Under the pieces are notes generated by a model. The model saw only the letters and a program-made list of their open reading frames with translations. It was not told where the DNA came from and did no database searches. Position numbers and translations under genes: made by a program. Shown here one piece after another: positions 60,904 to 64,000 of a DNA stretch of 64,000 bases (within the stretch, counting starts at the first letter, position 1; every line of letters starts with the position of its first letter). The stretch comes from an uncultured Verrucomicrobiae bacterium (GTDB lineage: Bacteria; Verrucomicrobiota; Verrucomicrobiia; Chthoniobacterales; UBA10450). Location: assembly GCA_963756875.1 (NCBI GenBank), contig CAVWPA010000003.1:352001-416000 (forward strand), written 5' to 3'.

Positions 60904-61760
60904 TTTGACGATTCGTTCAGGCGCTCGGACGAAATGTTGACGAGTTCCCTGCAAATCGAACCGATCTCCCGAACCGTTTGTTCCGTCGGGGGCCCGTTCT
61001 CACTTTGCATCAAGCCGCGAATTCTCCGTATCCCTTCCAGCATTTTCGCGACGATCGGACGGTCCTTTCTTTTGCTCCTCATTCCGAGAAGCTGTTTTTC
61101 CAGGTGATCGAGCAAAGCTGGCTGCCGAACGAGCTCGGCGCGCTCGGGGGAGTAATTCTGGAGCACAAGAGTGCAGAGCGCTTCAGTGCCGCGCAGCCAA
61201 CCGGCGAGGCTCACCAACTGCGAGAGCGGTTCGCTTTTGAGCTTGATCATTCCCTTTTCGAGATCCGAAAGCACACCGTCCCATTCCTTACGCGCCGCGG
61301 CCCACTTACCACGGTCGGCAGAATCCATGATGCTTCGGCTGCGTCTGAGAGCGCTCTTCTCCACCCCGAGTGCTCGCGCCAGAATCAGCACATCGTCGCC
61401 GACCTTGTTCACTTCGACCGAATCTTCTGCTTCCATCGCGATAAACCCTTCGGCCACGACGGCGCCCAGCAGGAGCGCGATCTGGACCTGATCGCCATGC
61501 GATCTCCAGCGGATCAGCTCCGGACGTTGCACTGCCCGCCAGTTGGCGTCACTGAATTTGTCCAGAGAATTGAATATCTCTTTGGGTACCGGCACCAGAA
61601 TGCCTTTTACCGGCCTGGCTTGGGAAGGAAGCGACGGGCTCTTTTTGGGAGGCGCTTCAGCCGAGGCCCGGACCGCCAGGGCAACAACAAAACAAAGGCA
61701 AATTTTTAGTGTCGACACAATGGATTCACAGCCCGCTCGGAAATGTTTCCTCGACTTCAT
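60900..61760 (-). CDS. Secreted alpha-helical hypothetical protein
   Basis: Signal-like segment (CFVVALAVRASA), ALLLGAVVAEGFIA, LAGWLRG; operonic position. Confidence 0.7.
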   Translation of the reverse strand: MKSRKHFRAGCESIVSTLKICLCFVVALAVRASAEAPPKKSPSLPSQARPVKGILVPVPKEIFNSLDKFSDANWRAVQRPELIRWRSHGDQVQIALLLGAVVAEGFIAMEAEDSVEVNKVGDDVLILARALGVEKSALRRSRSIMDSADRGKWAAARKEWDGVLSDLEKGMIKLKSEPLSQLVSLAGWLRGTEALCTLVLQNYSPERAELVRQPALLDHLEKQLLGMRSKRKDRPIVAKMLEGIRRIRGLMQSENGPPTEQTVREIGSICRELVNISSERLNESSN

Positions 61761-63078
61761 CTGCCTGCCACTCGGCGGTGGGCTCAAGCGGCTCAACGGC
61801 CCGGGTATGATCGTAGTGCAGGATGCCGTCGAACTGGTCCGGCAGTCGCGCATGAAAGTAGTGACTGATCAACTCGGTTTCCGGCCGGTAAATGACGCCA
61901 ATCGCGCGCTCAAGCCGCGCGGTGCGCAAAGGTGCGGCCAAGTCCGCGTCGTCGCGCAGATTGAGAAAGAAATTTGGCACATCGGCATGATGAAACAGCG
62001 CTTCGTAGCTCTCCGGATGAGCCGGGCGAACGTTTTTGCGCTCGGCTGGTCCATCCCAGTCCGAGGCGGCCGTGACCGTGCCGTCGCAGGTGGTGAAACC
62101 GATCGACACCGCTTCTCTCTTAAAATGCTCGCGCACGAGCTGGCCGACGTTGAGCTCGCCGCGCTCGCTCATTTGCGTCGCGCGCGCGTCCCCCAGATGT
62201 GAGTTGTGCGCCCAAACGATGATCTTGGCGGGCGCTTCTTTCTTGCCGAGATGGTTCGCCAGCGAGACCAGCGATTCCATCATGTGGGTGTCGCGCAGGT
62301 TCCACGACGAAACTTCACGGCGAAACATATTCCGGTAATATTCCTCGGCGTTGCGAACAACCAGCGCATTTTGTTCGGCGCAGAAATAAGCGTCCGCGGC
62401 GACCTGCCCGTCGCGCTGCAAATATTCCATCGCTTTGCGACGCAGCGCGACCAGTTCCTTCACCACCGCATCTTCACAGGTGGGCGCCAGCCCGAAGCCC
62501 GCCGCGTACCCGTAAGTTTGGATTTCTTTGCCGAACTGTTCGAAGCAACTGTAATGATGGCGCGCTCTCTGGGCCGCTTCCGGATCGACTTTGCCTAGAT
62601 AAGCAAGAACTGCGTCGATCGAGGCGTGCAGACTGTAAAGATCAAGACCGTAGAATCCGCATTTCCGGTCTTCGAACGCCTGTTGGTCGTTGTGTTCGCG
62701 CAACCAGCCAACGAAATCGAGGACGTCCGCATTTCGCCACATCCATTGCGGGAAACGTTCGAACCCGCTCAATGCCTCCGCGCTGTCGACGTCGTTACCC
62801 GCGCCGCGGACGAACCGGTTCACGCGATACGCATCCGGCCAGTCCGCTTCCACTGCCACGGCATTAAAGCCGCGCTGCGCGATCAGCACCTTCGAAATTT
62901 GGGCGCGGATTCGATAAAACTCGTGCGTGCCGTGACTCGCTTCGCCAATCAAAACGAAACGCGCGTCACCAACCAGATCGATGACTGAATCGAAATCGGC
63001 TGGTGAACCGACCAGCGCTTCAGCCTTTTCACTGATCAGATCGACTAATGCATTGGGTATATTACGTCCCGCATTCAT
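61726..63078 (-). CDS. Erythromycin esterase family protein
   Basis: IGEASHGTHEFY, AVEADWPD, WNLRDTHM, VWAHNSH, ERAIGVIY. Confidence 0.93.
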   Translation of the reverse strand: MNAGRNIPNALVDLISEKAEALVGSPADFDSVIDLVGDARFVLIGEASHGTHEFYRIRAQISKVLIAQRGFNAVAVEADWPDAYRVNRFVRGAGNDVDSAEALSGFERFPQWMWRNADVLDFVGWLREHNDQQAFEDRKCGFYGLDLYSLHASIDAVLAYLGKVDPEAAQRARHHYSCFEQFGKEIQTYGYAAGFGLAPTCEDAVVKELVALRRKAMEYLQRDGQVAADAYFCAEQNALVVRNAEEYYRNMFRREVSSWNLRDTHMMESLVSLANHLGKKEAPAKIIVWAHNSHLGDARATQMSERGELNVGQLVREHFKREAVSIGFTTCDGTVTAASDWDGPAERKNVRPAHPESYEALFHHADVPNFFLNLRDDADLAAPLRTARLERAIGVIYRPETELISHYFHARLPDQFDGILHYDHTRAVEPLEPTAEWQADEVEETFPSGL

Positions 63079-63186
63079 GTCCAAAATTAACTGCGAGAAG
63101 CGCGCTGCGCTTCGCGCCTTTTGTCAAAAACCGACCGTTTTTTGGCGTGCCGCTGCGAGACAGCGAGCGCCGCGATCAACGGCTGT

Positions 63187-63603
63187 CTATATTTTACTTT
63201 GCAGGGAGCCGAAGTGCGAAGGCAACTTTGCCGGCTCGATCCTTACCAAGTCGGCGCTCACGTGCTCGACAATCCACTCGCGGATCTCCGGGGGCAGGAG
63301 GTCGACAATCGCCTTGTGGATGGATGCCGGGGCTGCGAACGCCCATCCTTCTTCGCTATACGTCTTCACGATTTTCGTAATTTCGCCGGCGAGCTGTTTG
63401 CAGATTCTGCGGCTCTCTTCAGTTTCGAGCTGCGGCCAGTCGGTGACTGCGGTGGTGTGATGCGTCCTCGACAGGTTATTAACGTTCGGGATGTCGAACC
63501 CCTGCACGAGCTTCAGGCTCGGTCCGCGCGTCGGCGTCTCGTGGACGCGATACGCCTTTAAGCTGCCGCGATCGGCGATGACAATGAGTGAGGTTGCAAT
63601 CAT
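63187..63603 (-). CDS. Host attachment (AtsE/baeRF-like) family protein
   Basis: LIVIADRG.LKAY, WAFAAP, ADLVRI; ATGA overlap with the upstream gene. Confidence 0.75.
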   Translation of the reverse strand: MIATSLIVIADRGSLKAYRVHETPTRGPSLKLVQGFDIPNVNNLSRTHHTTAVTDWPQLETEESRRICKQLAGEITKIVKTYSEEGWAFAAPASIHKAIVDLLPPEIREWIVEHVSADLVRIEPAKLPSHFGSLQSKI

Positions 63604-64000
63604 ACGTAATCGGAGACATCGACTGTGCATTCGTCTTCGATCCAGATCTCACGCAGATGCGGTGGAAAGATTTCGCGCAGTTTCTCCAGCTCGCCGGGCG
63701 AAAGATTCGTGGCGAGCACTTTCATCACAGCTTCCGTCAGGCGCATGGGATTCACGTTCTTATCCGCAGTGAAGTTCTTTTTCACCACGTCATAGAATTC
63801 CTGCGCTGTCTTGACCTTCACCGGAGTGGACGCCGGTTTCCAGTTGTCATAATAGATTCCGCGCACGAGCATCGGGAGCTGCGCGCCCAGGTGCGCCGCT
63901 TCCGGAACGGGCAAACGGTCGCGCAACGCATGCAGGACCGCGCGCAACCCATGGTACGCCTTGTGATGATCGTCCCAATGCAACAAGTCGCTGATCTCTT
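63600..64000 (-). CDS. DUF2267 domain protein, 5' end outside the window
   Basis: LRAVLHALRDRL...AAHLGAQLPMLVRGIYYDNW. Confidence 0.9.
   Translation of the reverse strand, partial: EISDLLHWDDHHKAYHGLRAVLHALRDRLPVPEAAHLGAQLPMLVRGIYYDNWKPASTPVKVKTAQEFYDVVKKNFTADKNVNPMRLTEAVMKVLATNLSPGELEKLREIFPPHLREIWIEDECTVDVSDYV

Noticed and set aside
61726..63078. Macrolide resistance gene
   Set aside because: It looks like the widespread stress-associated erythromycin esterase family member; nothing in the sequence supports Ere-type activity.

Overview
GC-rich bacterial chromosomal window, probably from a soil Verrucomicrobium (Chthoniobacterales/Spartobacteria-like; this is inferred from gene content and repeat types, not shown directly). 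Left to right it contains: a YbhGFSR-like ABC exporter; a decaying ppk2/H+-ATPase/CaCA/SDR/MFS operon; a giant NdvB-type cyclic beta-1,2-glucan synthase; a hypoxia/stress block (SpoIIAA-like, 2 USPs, P-type ATPase, ppsA remnant, Zn-ADH); a ~17 kb putative extracellular electron transfer (EET) island at 26.5-43.6 kb; an aromatic amino acid module (ThDP decarboxylase, tryptophanase, tyrosine phenol-lyase, pdxH); hemE-hemN-hemY-hemH; an atypical transketolase; a TIM-barrel gene paired with an unannotated AEP primase-like protein; and further stress genes. The EET island comprises AraC, an MtrA/DmsE-like octaheme lipoprotein, an MtrB/PioB-like porin (frameshifted), two monoheme cytochromes, an ImcH-like heptaheme, a split CbcL-like 11-heme plus cytochrome b, a system II maturation operon, and a Rieske/cytochrome b with a nonaheme; I count 37 c-type heme motifs. 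I saw no rRNA, tRNA, CRISPR array or transposase. All calls come from motif recognition by eye, without database searches.
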